The notes: a model not told the origin generated them from the letters alone. A stretch of 53,602 bases of DNA, filler included, from Squatina squatina (GCA_031763465.1; 3 parts of 3 records of this genome joined end to end with filler, not necessarily neighbours in it), one strand, 5' to 3'; counted from the whole stretch's first letter, positions 34,856 through 47,700 are shown. A program made the numbers and translations.

Positions 34856-35945
34856 ACAGTGCGGGGGACAGCTCTCGGGTGGGGTCTTTTTTTGTCTTTG
34901 CAGTCCGCCAGAAAGGGCGAGCCGAGCCGCCCGCACCGCGACGGAGCCGCCTTGGCGGCTCGCGCCCTCGATCGCGCAGCGGAGCGGGGAGCCGAGGGGG
35001 CGACCTTACCTCCGCCGTTCTTGTAGCACAGGTACGGGAAGCGCCACACGTTGCCCAGCCCCACGGCGAAGCCCACGCACGACATGATGAAGTCCATCTG
35101 GTTGCTCCAGGTGGCCCTCTGGGGCAGGGCCTGCGCGGGGTCAGCAGCCGCCCGGCCCCCTGCGGCCGCCCTCCAGGCTCCCTCTCCGCGCAGCGGGAAG
35201 GCTTGGCTGCCCCGGCCGTTCTGCCGCCACAGCTCCCAGGCTCCGTCCTCCTTCTCCCGCCAGCCGGACCCTTCCGCCTCCTTGCCGAGGTCCGGGTCCG
35301 GGGTGGCCGAGCGCATTCTTGCTCCCGTTTGCAAATCAAAGTCTCTGTCGTAGACCTCCAAAGCCAAAATCAAAAAACAAGGAGGGGAGCAGAATGCACG
35401 ATTCAAAGTACCTTTTAGTGCAGAGAACACACCGAGAGATTCAGAAACAATCGACAAAGCACTTAAAACTTAGTCTGAAGTAGTGCATTGGAATTTCTTG
35501 AAAGTACTCGCAGACTGCAAAGGTGTCCTCTCAGCCAGAAACAGACCACTGGGGAACTCTGTTCAACCGGGCAGCAGGATACCACAGACCCGACAGTCCT
35601 TCTCTCCGGGAGGTAGCGGTGTGCTCTCGGTGTCCGAGGGTCTGTCCTCTGGTTTGTCTGCACCGGCCACTTAATATATCAGCGTCACACAAACCCCGCC
35701 CCGTTTGGCATCGAATCTCCTCCCGAGGCACGAGCCCAGAGGGATTTAACACCGGGCTATTTTTAGCTGCTCACCGCTTTCCTCACTTATCTCCTTCCCG
35801 ACTCCGTCAGATGCCGGCCGCCACCACGACACCGGCCGGGTTCGAAACCCTTGCAGCAGTCTCCAGAGCAAAGGGGAAGGGATTCTTTTTTTCCTTGCCT
35901 TGCCGGGCCAGCTGAAGCTCTCGCTGTCTGTCCTTTGCCTGCCCC
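34856..35945 (-). promoter_or_regulatory. CpG island with candidate promoter of the SLC6A8-like gene
   Basis: GC- and CpG-rich against an AT-rich background. On the minus strand: GC box GGGGCGGGG (35694-35702), TGACG half-site (about 35683-35687) and TATA-like TATATTAA (35671-35678), about 350 nt upstream of the ATG. Confidence 0.65.
35010..35316 (-). CDS. SLC6A8: First coding exon of an SLC6 Na+/Cl--dependent creatine-transporter-like protein (SLC6A8-like)
   Basis: [10 protein letters not shown]...[36 protein letters not shown]; [31 protein letters not shown] is the creatine-transporter form of TM1. Donor G|gtaagg at the usual phase-1 position. The start codon is inferred and orthologue versus paralogue is unresolved. 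Confidence 0.85.
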
Positions 35946-36600
35946 TTGAATGTTAAAAAAAAATACTGACCTTTGATGTTCCAATACATCCAATGGGTCT
36001 ATTTGGTCTTCCGGACAAGTTAAGTTTTTTATTTACACCCAGGTGGAGATAGGCCTGCAAGTACAGTCATCATGAAGAATAGACATTTCTCTAGAAATAG
36101 ATCTTAAGTACAAAAAAGATAAAAATTGCTGCCACAAACTAAAAATCCATTTCCTCCGAAAAACATTCAATCTATTACTTATGTGTAATTGATAGTATTA
36201 AAATAAATATTATCATTATAATCCTAAACTGTGTGCCAGCTAGATTAAAAATCTAGTTATTAAGCTCTCAGTGAGAATCAAGGAGAACACAATCTACAGG
36301 ACTCTGTCTCATAAACAGCCACTTAAGCAACAGAAATGTATTCTATTGGTAGCAAGCTAGAATATATATTTATCAAATCTGGCACCACTCCAAACATTTT
36401 CCATAGCTCCGTATGATCCTTCCCTACTACTTCATCATGACCTTAATGTTGTTTTATTAAAAATTGATAATGTTCATCAAATTTTCTTACATCATGAAGG
36501 CCCACATTGCACTACTGTGATAATAAACGAGTCTCCATACAGTAAATATGTCACATATTTAGCACATTTTAACATGGCAAAATTTGTTGTCTCAGTGAAA

Positions 36601-37180
36601 AGAACATAAGAACTAGGAGCAGGAGTAGGCCATTCGGCCCCTCGAGCCTACTCCGCCATTCAATTAGATCATGACTGATCTTCCACCTCAACTCCACTTG
36701 CCCGCCCGATCCCCGTACCCATCAATTCCGCTACAGTCCAAATATCTAGCTATCTCAGCCTTGAATATACTCAACAACTCAGCATGCACAGCCCTTTTGG
36801 GTAGAGAATTCCAAAGATTCACAAGCCTCCGAGTGAAGAAATGCCTCCTCATCTCAGTTTTAAAAGGCCGACCCCCAATCCTGAAACTGTGACCCTCTAT
36901 TTCTGGATTCGCCAGCCAGGAAAAAGAACCTCTCAACATCTACCCTGTTAATCCCCCTCAGAATCTTATATGTTTCAATGAGATCACCTCATATTTTTCT
37001 AAACTCTAGGGGATATAGGCCTAGTCTACTCAATGTCTCCTCATAGGACAATCCCCTCATCCCAGAAATCAATCAGTTTGGTGAACCTTTGTTGCACTGC
37101 CTCTAAGGCAAGTATATCTTTCATTAGATAAGGAGACCAAAACTGTGCACAGTACTCCAGGTTTGGTCTCACCAAAGCCT
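36601..37180 (-). mobile_element. CR1/HER1 LINE 3' end, 5'-truncated
   Basis: GHSFRIGGRPFKTEMRRHFFTRRLVNLWNSLP plus the tail hairpin and an (ttcttatg) end. Confidence 0.92.
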
Positions 37181-37184
37181 CATA

Positions 37185-37646
37185 CAATTATGGAGGGTTC
37201 TTCTCAAATTTGGCTGCCTGCAAAAATTTGTCACCAGCCTCCGCCTGCTCCACGATGACATGCAAGCCATGATCCTCACCAACGGTTCCACCACAGACCC
37301 AATACAAGTGCAAACTGGGGTCAAGCAAGGCTGTTTCATCGCACCGACGCTCTTCTCCATCTTCCTCGCCGCAACACTTCATCCCATCTCCATGAAGCTC
37401 CCCATTGGTGTGGAGCTAATCTACAGGATGGGTGGGAAACTGTTCAACCTCCGCCGCCTCCAGTCCAGAACTAAGACCACCCCAACCTCTATCATCGAAC
37501 TGCAGTATGCAGACAACGCTTGTGTGTGTGCACACTCGGAGGCTAAGCTCTAATCCATTGTCGATTTATTCACCGAGGCGCACGAGAGAATGGGCCTCAC
37601 ACTAAAGATCTGCAAGACAAAGGTCCTGCACCAGCTTGCCCCAGCC
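37185..37646 (+). mobile_element. RTE-clade LINE reverse transcriptase fragment (decayed)
   Basis: TGVKQGCFIAPTLFSIF...GKLFNLRRLQSRTK...ELQYADN. GVKQGC and YAD(D) RT motifs with the RTE-type insert; contains a stop and a frameshift. Confidence 0.85.
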
Positions 37647-37690
37647 NNNNNNNNNNNNNNNNNNNNNNNNNNNNNNNNNNNNNNNNNNNN

Positions 37691-37702
37691 TTAATTAATT
37701 AA
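37691..37702. other. Artificial scaffold-joining linker (six-frame stop)
   Basis: TTAATTAATTAA flanked by 44 N on each side. Confidence 0.95.
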
Positions 37703-38444
37703 NNNNNNNNNNNNNNNNNNNNNNNNNNNNNNNNNNNNNNNNNNNNGAGGAGTCCACTACCTGCTACTGCAATACCATGAAGGAAATAAAACAGGCCACG
37801 TGGACCATCCTGCAGTGTGTAGTAGTCCAGGAGAGACCTGTGGCAACCATGCGTCAGGTGGAGGATCCGAGGACTGTCAAATCTTTCAGGATTGCAGCTA
37901 TCATTGTTTCAATAGGTGCCTTTAGGCAGTCTTAGCAGCACTCAAACTTGCAGGACTTAATTGGGACTGTTGAGTCTGTTCTCCAGCTGACCATTAGCCC
38001 AAATGAGCCCATGCCCAATACCACTAAGGTGCATGGAGTGGTCACAGATTTCTCTGTTGTCAGGATAGTGATGCTGCTGGACCTTTACCACCCAAGTCAT
38101 TGTTCTTAATCCTGCAAAAAGGTTTTAGAATTCACCCATTACTGAAAATGCACATTTTGAAATGATAAATCACTCCTCTACCTCCCAGCTTATCCACTAA
38201 ATCCATCTGATTTATTCTCAAATGTTTATCAGTAGTTAGACTTGTTAAGAAGCAGCTGCCTAAACATGACTCATGTGCCATCAGAGCATTTTGACTTATT
38301 TTCATAAACCTGCCAAAATCTGCAGATTAATCTTGACTATTGAAGAAAGGTGTTCCTCTTTGGCGGGTCCAAGGGAACATTCATAACTACTGGTACAAGA
38401 AATCATTTAACTCTTAAAACACTTTCAACATTCAATGTCTTCAT

Positions 38445-38730
38445 AAATGACAATCTATGAAACTGTAACAAAGGTAAATTATCCTCCTTGTCCTTCTTGA
38501 CTTGTCTGCAGCCTTTGGCATGGTTGATCACTCCATCCTCCTCCAATGCCTCTCCACCATTGTCCAGCTTAGTGGGACTGCACTCGCCTGGTTCCATTCT
38601 TATCCATCTAATCTTAGCCAGACAACCACCTGAAACTGCATCTCTTCCCACCCCTGCATCGTTGCCTCTGGTGTCTCCCGAGGATCTATCTTTGGCCACC
38701 TCCTATTTCTCATCTACATGCTACCCCTCA
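38445..38730 (+). mobile_element. L2-type LINE reverse transcriptase fragment
   Basis: Frameshifted [20 protein letters not shown]...[10 protein letters not shown]...LLFLIYMLPL. Confidence 0.8.
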
Positions 38731-40284
38731 NNNNNNNNNNNNNNNNNNNNNNNNNNNNNNNNNNNNNNNNNNNNNNNNNNNNNNNNNNNNNNNNNNNNNN
38801 NNNNNNNNNNNNNNNNNNNNNNNNNNNNNNGTGCAATGCCCATTCTTCAACGTCCAGCACAAAAGTGACATTACTTCATTAAATAAAATTAATGACCTGA
38901 TTGCACAAATATACATAACTGATTCTCTCAAGTTCTAAATCACAAAAGAGTTACAAGGTCAAAATTACATTACTAAACTGTCACTCGGCAATGAAAATAC
39001 ACCTACGGTAGTCCAGGATTTGTGAATCTCAAACAACTTGAGTGACTGAAAGATTTGTGAAGTGAAAAAATATATTAACTGCCATTTTATTAATTGTATT
39101 TCCAAATAAACCCACCATTTTTCAGCTGTAGCAATAAACAAAAAGTGAAAGGTTTTGAGCAAATGCCCAAATCCAGATCTCTATTCAGTGCTNNNNNNNN
39201 NNCTCAGTCTGCTCAACCAACCATATCAATACATATCCTATTTTGTATGAATAGCTGGAATCAGGTAGTGTATGTGGCTGTAGCTGGTAGCCAGGATTTC
39301 TGCCCGTTTGTTGACTGAACTTTGTGTACATTCCAATGTTCAACACTGTGGTTTTAGTTACTGCCCCTATTCTACAAGGAGACTCTTTTAGAGCAAACTT
39401 GTAAGTATGCTCCTGTTGCGACCTCTGAGCTTCCAAAGTACAGCATGGAGTTTTATTTATCTCCCCCATCTCCTGAGTGTTTCTGAAGTGTCATCCTTAT
39501 GTATGCTCTCCATTTTTTATTTTTGAAAGACTGGGAAAAACATGAATGCTCCTTTAGACTCCACAAAAACAACTGAGCTGCTGCTATACTCAAGAATAGT
39601 CTCCCCACTGCCCACACCCTGCCATCGCCACTTTCCCCATGGATCTAACTTTTCTTAGGCTGGGAGGCTGGCCGTGTGGCCTGATCTTGTGGTGGCTCGG
39701 TGCCAATGGGGAGAACTGTGTCCATGACCCTATGTTAAAGAAGCCCGTCCTTCAAAATAGACAAGACCTCTTGCCGACACTATTGGGCAGCTGCCGAGAA
39801 TGGGGAAACTGCACAAAGGCAAAATCTACCATAAATGACTCGACGTGATACTAGGTGAAAAAATGGAAAACACGCTTCATTCTTTGGCAGTCACGGTCTT
39901 CACATTGATGAGCACAAACACCAGATCTATCTGTAGAGAGATAAGACGTCCCTTTAAGGATACCAATTATCTCTTTCCCTACTGGGCCAATTTTCCTTGC
40001 CATTGCCCATGGGATGCATTCAGTTTCCTGGGCAGGAAAGTCAGGAAATAGGCCCAGATTGCATAGCCGCAGGATTTCCTGTGGGAAGCCTGCAGGCTCA
40101 ACAAATCTATTTAAATCAGACAGGAGAGAGAGTGCTGAGCCTCCTGCCTCATTTTCTGAGTTTCTCACTTGCTGGACACCCAGATTACTCTCTGGACTAC
40201 ATTCAAACCCCTGCCAACCGGAGCATCGATAGGAGCACCAGGATTAGGCCAATAATTTTAAGGTAGGTCACATTAGGTAAGCAA

Positions 40285-40506
40285 GTGCAGGGGCATCATA
40301 AGCAGCGAATACAGTATACTAAATTGCAAGAAGTCCAAGTAAATCACTGTTTCACCTCGAAGGAGTGATTTGGGACCCTGGACAGTAGGAAGGAAGGAGG
40401 TAAAAGAGCATTTGTTGCATCTCCTGCACTTGCAGGGGAAGGTGCCATGGGAAGGGGAGTGGGTATTAGGGGTGATTGAGGAGTGGACCAGAGGGAGTGG
40501 TCCCTC
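40285..40506 (-). mobile_element. Penelope-like element ORF fragment (Cys linker and start of GIY-YIG nuclease)
   Basis: GTFPCKCRRCNKC.FTS.LPTVQGPK...VKQ.FT.TS.NLVYCIRC, with stops and a frameshift. Confidence 0.75.
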
Positions 40507-43260
40507 CTGGCATTGGTAGGTGAAATTAGATACCAGAGGCCTGGGAATGCTCCCTATGCCAGAAAGGCATACCCAATATAGGGCTTTGGGGCTTATTTAA
40601 ATTAGATGTACGAGCTAATGCTGCTCATCCTCGGTCATCTCACCGGTGAAGCGGATTTGAGTTTTAGGCCCTGTATCGCGGACAACAGTCCTTAGATAAG
40701 TCTTGAGGGGGAGGGGGAGACAACTGGAAAAGAGGGAAACAATTGGGAGAAGGGAGGTGATTTTGAGGGGCGAGGGGATCAGGAGGGTTGAGGCGATCAG
40801 GAGGAGGCTGATCAGGGGACGACAAAAATACCAAGTAAAATTGCCATCTGAATCTTCTTCTCACCTGATGTACACACACAGACTTTACAACAGATGCTCC
40901 TGGGTAGTAATCATGAATGTCACTTATCCCAGTGGTGCTGATGTGAGCCCTGGTGCCCCAATTGCTGCCCTCACTAAGACCAGCTTACTCAGCACAAAAT
41001 AGGAAATTAAACTGAGACATTCTAGGGCTTGGTGCTACACTGGGTGTGCCTTTCCACACCGTAGGCCACCGAGGGACTCTGGTAATGTAACTTCAAATAC
41101 NNNNNNNNNNNNNNNNNNNNNNNNNNNNNNNNNNNNNNNNNNNNNNNNNNNNNNNNNNNNNNNNNNNNNNNNNNNNNNNNNNNNNNNNNNNNNNNNNNNN
41201 AGTTTTATATGTTTGTTTATGGATGGCTCACTAGCTAGTTCTAGTGGATGGTATAGTTCTACATTTAGGCCCACCGCTGCGGATGTTCGTTACAGTAACA
41301 ATAACTACTTTACAATCTGTCTGGCTGCAATTCTGAACTTTCGCAGGCTGGTGAGTCAGCCCATGCCCCCCTTACGTGGCACCTGAGCTACATATGGGAT
41401 GTTGTCAACGAGCTGGCCAGCTGTTGTCAGTCAGCCAAGAATGAGAACCAGATTTGAAAGAATTTCCCCTGGTTCCACCTCAGTGATTGCATTCTTTTTC
41501 AAACTAAGCAATTTTCCATAGTGCCGCATTCCGCATTGACTGGGAGGGACAGATCTGGTGGCCACTGCCCCAGTGCAATGTGTTGTCAGGTTACAATTAT
41601 GAGGATACCAAGGAGTGTGCAGAATTCCTATCAATTTTGGAAAAAAAAGTGCAAAACCATAAATAACTTCATTTCTCCTTAGTGGTTACCTGGCCTGACC
41701 AAGGCTACCATTTGAAAATTTACAATTTAAAAAGAAAAACCTTTCCAGTTGGCACATTCTGAATGCTGAAGGTGCATCAATTTACTTGAATTTTAATGGA
41801 ATAATCAGCCAAGAGTGAAATAAGAAAAAAAGAAAATCCCATAGGAACAGCAAGTGCTTTCAAAAAGGTGCAGACCTTTAAAAAAACATACAGAATAGTT
41901 GGGTTTGTGTTGCGTTTATTTTTTAATATTCACGTTTTCCTCCCATTCCCTTCTCCTCCCCTAAAGACACAGGGCGATTTTCAACTGCCAACTGCCTGTG
42001 TCGTGCCTGAAGACTGGGCAGCCAGCGTATAAAGAGTTGGCCTTAGCGAATGCTACCGGGGATGTTGGCAGCAAAGCAAAAGCCATGAGTTGGAGGCCCC
42101 AGCACCCTTTCCAGTACTGTTTTGATTCAGGCACTCATCCGGTATTTTTTTTTGTGCTCAATATAATCAGAGCCCATAGTCAAGCTTCCTGTGAACTGAA
42201 ACTTGACTTCATGTGCAAAGTATCTAGGATATCAGGCTCTCAGCTGAACAGTGAACCATTTTATCATCAGGGTATGGACTGGAAATAGTACAGCATACCT
42301 ATGCACACTGCTGACACCATGCTGACAGATCATTAGCTCAGACTAAAAGATTCATTTCTGTTTATTAAGAAAATGAAACAAAAGCAAGGCCAAGTCACTT
42401 TATTAGATCGATTACAATATATTAAACTTCATTTTACAACATTTATTTGAAAGCAATTTTTTTTTAAACCCATCTGCAGTTCTCTTCTGTAAATTTGGAA
42501 CAAGAAAAGTTTGATGTGGGACTGAACCCTCCTTGAGTGCCCTACTGGGCCCTGGTCTTAATAGGAGAGCAGTGAAGGAGGAAACTACTGCAGAACAGGT
42601 GACCACAGCTCAGACTTTTCTCTGCCTGGCCTTTGATGACTAAACTGGGAAAAAGGAAAATGAAACTGTTTATTTTCTGCCTGCAACTTCATGGTCTGCA
42701 GAAGGCACATGAGATTCTGACCAAACTGAGTCTGGAGCCAGCCCTCTGGACTACTAGTCCAGTAACATACCAACTACACTCGTGTACCCCTGCAATAAAC
42801 CTGAGCGAGTGTCGGTCTGCAGAGTTGAGGCCTGGCCACATTTTTCGATGAGCTGTACTGGGGTTTCTGGCTAAGATTGCTGACAGCATTTTATTGTTCT
42901 CCATTCATTAGAATGTCGCTTTCTGAGGAGGTGATGTATGTGCAAGAACACAAAGCAAGTGTGACAGAGCGCCTTCGGACTGCGTCTCGCCCATACTCAT
43001 TTCACTTGGACTGGGGATCTCATTATCTCATTACTTTAAATAACAACCAATTTGTCTCATGAGATTGATTGAGTTCCAACTCAGTGAGTATGAATGGTTT
43101 TAGCAAGCACAGCTTCTTCTGCAATCATGAATATTTATGAGTCTTTACCAAACCACCTCNNNNNNNNNNNNNNNNNNNNNNNNNNNNNNNNNNNNNNNNN
43201 NNNNNNNNNNNNNNNNNNNNNNNNNNNNNNNNNNNNNNNNNNNNNNNNNNNNNNNNNNNT

Positions 43261-43542
43261 TCGAGTTTTTCCAGCAGGAGCGCAGGCAGTAGAAGAAGCG
43301 CGTGGAAATACGAGCATCCCATCCATTCGCCCCATCACATGCCATCTGCCCTACCTGTTGTCGAGTTTGCGGATCCCACGTCAGACTTTTCAGCCATCTC
43401 AGAACCCACAACTCCAGAGTGGAAGCAAGTCATCCTCGAACCCGACGGACTGCCTAAGAAGAAGAAGAAGAAGACGACAAGTATCAAGATATGTTGTGAG
43501 AAATTGTACACCAACCACATCTTTGTCCAATGCACTTTCAAG
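43261..43542 (+). CDS. Candidate coding exon of an unidentified protein with a poly-Lys tract
   Basis: 94 open codons from the contig edge: SSFSSRSAGSRRSAWKYEHPIHSPHHMPSALPVVEFADPTSDFSAISEPTTPEWKQVILEPDGLPKKKKKKTTSIKICCEKLYTNHIFVQCTFK. CpG-containing, coding-like composition drops to AT-rich after AAG|gcaaat (possible GC donor). Confidence 0.45.
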
Positions 43543-44611
43543 GCAAATAAATTTAATGGATTACAGTTGTTATCTTTGACTACCATACAACTAACTCCTT
43601 TGATAGATGCCAACAAAATAAAGCCTTAGAGCATAAAAACCTTTGCATAATAATTATAAAAACAGATCAGTGCAAAGATATAAAGCATTATTACATAATT
43701 CTGTGCATGATCAGAAAGGCGGAAGAGGAGGAAAGCCACGAGAGCCTCTGTGGCCTGCCAAATGTAGCCGAAAGTGCCAAGAATCATTTCCTGAGGAGAA
43801 GATGGACGTCTTTTATTTCTTTTTGAGGTAAAGCAGCTTTTCAGTCAATGGTTTTCTCAGACAAAGAGAAATACTGAAGTGCAGAAATAAAAGCTTGTGC
43901 TTTGATTTATTCCACAGCAGTTTCCAGTAGCTGCTGGTGGGCCTCAGGTTTTAACTGCTAAACTTCCCCATGAGGGTAAACGGGATTGCAGACAAACTCG
44001 ATGCAGCCCTGCTTCTGCTTCTACTGNNNNNNNNNNACTGCGCTGACTCCATGCATTTTGACAGAGTGTCGACACTTACGTGTCAGCAAAAATGTTCTTG
44101 GATGACATAATCGGTGCAGAGAGGCACTACAGGATAATGACGTTTCTGTCATTATCCAAGACTAATCTGACTGCATAAAGATTGCTCTGCAAAAGTCATT
44201 TGTCCGTCAAAAGCACGACATTCCGGTTGACTTTAACCGGTAATTGAACTATTCAAAAGATCCATATTACTTTCCCCCATCTCTAATCTATAATGGGTCA
44301 GACATAAGCTCATGAACTCAGGATCACAATTTCCCACCACCTCCAGCCAGAATGAGAGATTGAGGAATATCTGAGCGCTGTGTTGAATAGCAGCTGCTCT
44401 TGGGCCGGTGCTGGTGATTGATGTAGTCAAGAGAGAGTCAGTTTTAGCAGCAGGAGGAAGGCGCTTTGAGCACACTCCTGAATTTTCAAATATATTTTAA
44501 TAATTGCAATTTCTTCTCAGTTAGACATCTGTTCTTACTAAGTAAGCCTATTGGAATTATATAATCCAGGGATGTTTTATAGTTGCTGCATTGTGTCATG
44601 TACTATTGAAG

Positions 44612-44722
44612 CCATTCTTTGGAACTAAAGAAGCATTGAAACGAAGGCTGAAAGAGATTGGCAGCGAGCCCACGTTTCTGGAGATGGTTCCCATTGGAAG
44701 CGTTGTTGAAACAGAATGCCAT
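44612..44722 (+). CDS. Candidate 111-nt internal exon (unidentified)
   Basis: PFFGTKEALKRRLKEIGSEPTFLEMVPIGSVVETECH is the only open + frame. Weak acceptor ttgaag|, donor |gtgggt. Confidence 0.25.
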
Positions 44723-47700
44723 GTGGGTGCATGATGGTGTTTCGAGAGAAGGTTTATTGTAAAGGAACAGGAAGTGTTTAGTGGAAAAATAATTGACTTT
44801 GACTTGAAAACAGAACAAAAATGACATCAGTCTGTAACCGATACAAGGGATTCAGATTCAACGTACAGAATTTCACTGGCTCGCTGGTCTTCTGGCAGCA
44901 TCCCAACACTGGAAAGCACTCAAACGCAGGCTGGTGAANNNNNNNNNNNNNNNNNNNNNNNNNNNNNNNNNNNNNNNNNNNNNNNNNNNNNNNNNNNNNN
45001 NNNNNNNNNNNNNNNNNNNNNNNNNNNNNNNNNNNNNNTTATCCTGTCTCTTTGGGTGTTGCTTTGCCCAGTAGTAAGTTATCCTCTTCCTCTTTCTATT
45101 TTTAAAAGTGGCCAGACACACAATGCCTTTCTTGTTTATCTCTTTGCAGCATATAAGCTGTTCAGTTTCTTCTGCATTTTGTGCCTCATTTGAGCATTGC
45201 CTGCCATTCCCCTGACTCAGGAATCAGGAAATGGAAAACAGCTCTGAGTTCACAATATCGACAACTGGTTAATGTTTTCTAGTTCCCTTCGTCAAATTGG
45301 AAACAGTACCTTTGAACCGTGCTCTGATTTCAGTGGGAAACAGGAAACCCAAGTCAGTTTTACACTGTCATTTCAACCTTATGTGCCTAATTTTTTTTCC
45401 TTTGGTTGTGGGTAGAAACACACCTCGTTCAAGATTTTTACTCCATCACACACATACTGGCCCAAATTCTACAAAGCTTAGTCCAGCAAGGAATGGGGAA
45501 ACTCTGACTGGAATTAGGATCCCAACTATATAATTTCCCCCAATTTTTCAATGCAACACCATGGGTATAAGCATGGGCGGATAAAAGTCGTTCAAAGTAT
45601 ATTGTGTGTGCTGAGCAGCCCATTTCTGTGTTGAAAAATAATGTCCATCAATTTCCTATTTTCCAAACAGACCCCTGTCCCCATCGTAGAGTTCCGTGGC
45701 ATGGGGAGGAAATGTTTTTCCAGCAAACAAAACCAAAAGGAGAGGTCATTACTCACCCTACAAGCATATCCATTTGTTCACTCCTCTTTTAAGCAAGCAC
45801 TGGGGCACAATATAGTATTATAACAAACACTGATATATATGTATATAAAGATGAGTCTGTGTGAGGGGGTGGGGGAAATTGAACAGTGTTTAGGACAGGC
45901 AGTNNNNNNNNNNNNNNNNNNNNNNNNNNNNNNNNNNNNNNNNNNNNNNNNNNNNNNNNNNNNNNNNNNNNNNNNNNNNNNNNNNNNNNNNNNNNNNNNN
46001 NNNTGGTCACATTTGCCTGCCCCAAACATAGAGGTAGAGTATGTTGCCACAAAGAATTACCTCATGTTCTGGTACAGTTTGACTGAGGCTGCATACTCAG
46101 AACTCAGACAACTTTTCATCTCTTTCACTGATGCATGTGCATACCCAGATTGCTGCGGGGCAAAGAATGCAAGTATTGCTGCACTTAAATCTTTAGATTT
46201 ATGTCCACAACGCAAGCTTCTAACATAATTAGTACATGATCTCATCTGGGAGCCCTTGTACTTTGGCTCTGGAGATAGTACAGGGCCCTAGTCTCGAATC
46301 AACCGTCTCCATTCCTTCAACAATGTAGTTCTGCACAAACCTCAATGCCCATCATTCTGCTATAGCAACGTGACATTTTCATTTCCCACGTCCTCTTGCT
46401 AAGGACAGCTGAAGTGCTGACAATAAGTACTGGGTTTGGGGCAGTTTGCATTGCACAATCTTGTTTGTCGGAAATTGGACTAAACTCATTTCACTTAACA
46501 TCTTTAGCAGCTGTCAGAGAGCGAGAGGAAACCATCGGCATGGGTGGGCTTTATAGACAATTCCAAGGCACCGTGGCGGCCACCCAGATCCCCATTTCTG
46601 CAACTTATTAAAGCCGTATATGCAGGGGTGGGTCCTTTTGGCTCTCCGGCTGCGTCTTCAACATGTTTTATTGAACTAAACCCACTTACACAAACAACCT
46701 GTATATTTCCACTCTTACAGATGTTGCGTTTTGTATGTAAGTGCTGCTGTGCTGAGTTAGGGCCCCAGATGCAGATGTTGTAAAGTATTATTATAAGGCG
46801 CAGTGCCAAATTAAAGACAATTTTATTTTTTCTCAAACCAATTGCGACATGAAAAGAAAACTGGCCAGAGTTTGAAGAAATATGGATTGGGTGGTGGGTT
46901 GCGCGAGGAGGGAGGGAGGAGGGTGCGGGGTGCGGGGGCGACAGTACTGTCAAAAGGAGCCTTGGTGCTGGAGTGTAGGTGAGAATGTCTGGAATGCAGT
47001 GTGAAGCTGTCAGAGGTCACTGCAGTTGGAGGACTAATTGAATTTTATAGATCTGAGTCATGCATGGAGGACAGAACTGAAGATGATTAATGGGCATATC
47101 CATGAAAAGGCTCCTGTAATGGAATGTTCAGAAATGTTATGCTTGTAACAGTGCAGCAGGTNNNNNNNNNNNNNNNNNNNNNNNNNNNNNNNNNNNNNNN
47201 NNNNNNNNNNNNNNNNNNNNNNNNNNNNNNNNNNNNNNNNNNNNNNNNNNNNNNNNNNNNNAAAAATGTTTCCTTGTTGAGCAGGAGAGCTTCTCCAGGC
47301 ACCACAAGGAAACCTTGGACTTCCCCTGCCACAGGCTATCCTCCCCTTCCCCAACTGCTTTAGCCTCATGACCCACCCTCCGACAACTCACCTTATGCCC
47401 CTAGCTGTTCCCTGAGGTCGACCTCGTGCTGCCCAGGATTCCTCTGCTGCCTGTCTTCCAGGTGTCGATTCCCACAGGGTTTGGGCAGGAGTCGGAGTTG
47501 GATCATGCAAATGAAACCCGGTAGCTAAATTCTCCCAGGCCTCACGCTGCGGGCGGTGGGAGGCGGGGGGATGGTTTTCCTACACTTAGGGCCCAAGTTA
47601 AAATCAGCCCTTAATTTTCTTTCCTTCCCATGGATAAGTCACATGGTGAGCCTACCTCAGATATCACTGAAAAACTCAAGAATTGTGGAACGGCTGGCAC

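Noticed and set aside
34633-35418. Long overlapping ORFs around the SLC6 exon
   Set aside because: Stop-poor GC-rich frames and intron read-through; only 35010-35316 (-) is supported.
39851-39930. Minus-strand terminal-exon candidate (RSGVCAHQCEDRDCQRMKR...)
   Set aside because: Acceptor only, two short alternative frames and no homology.
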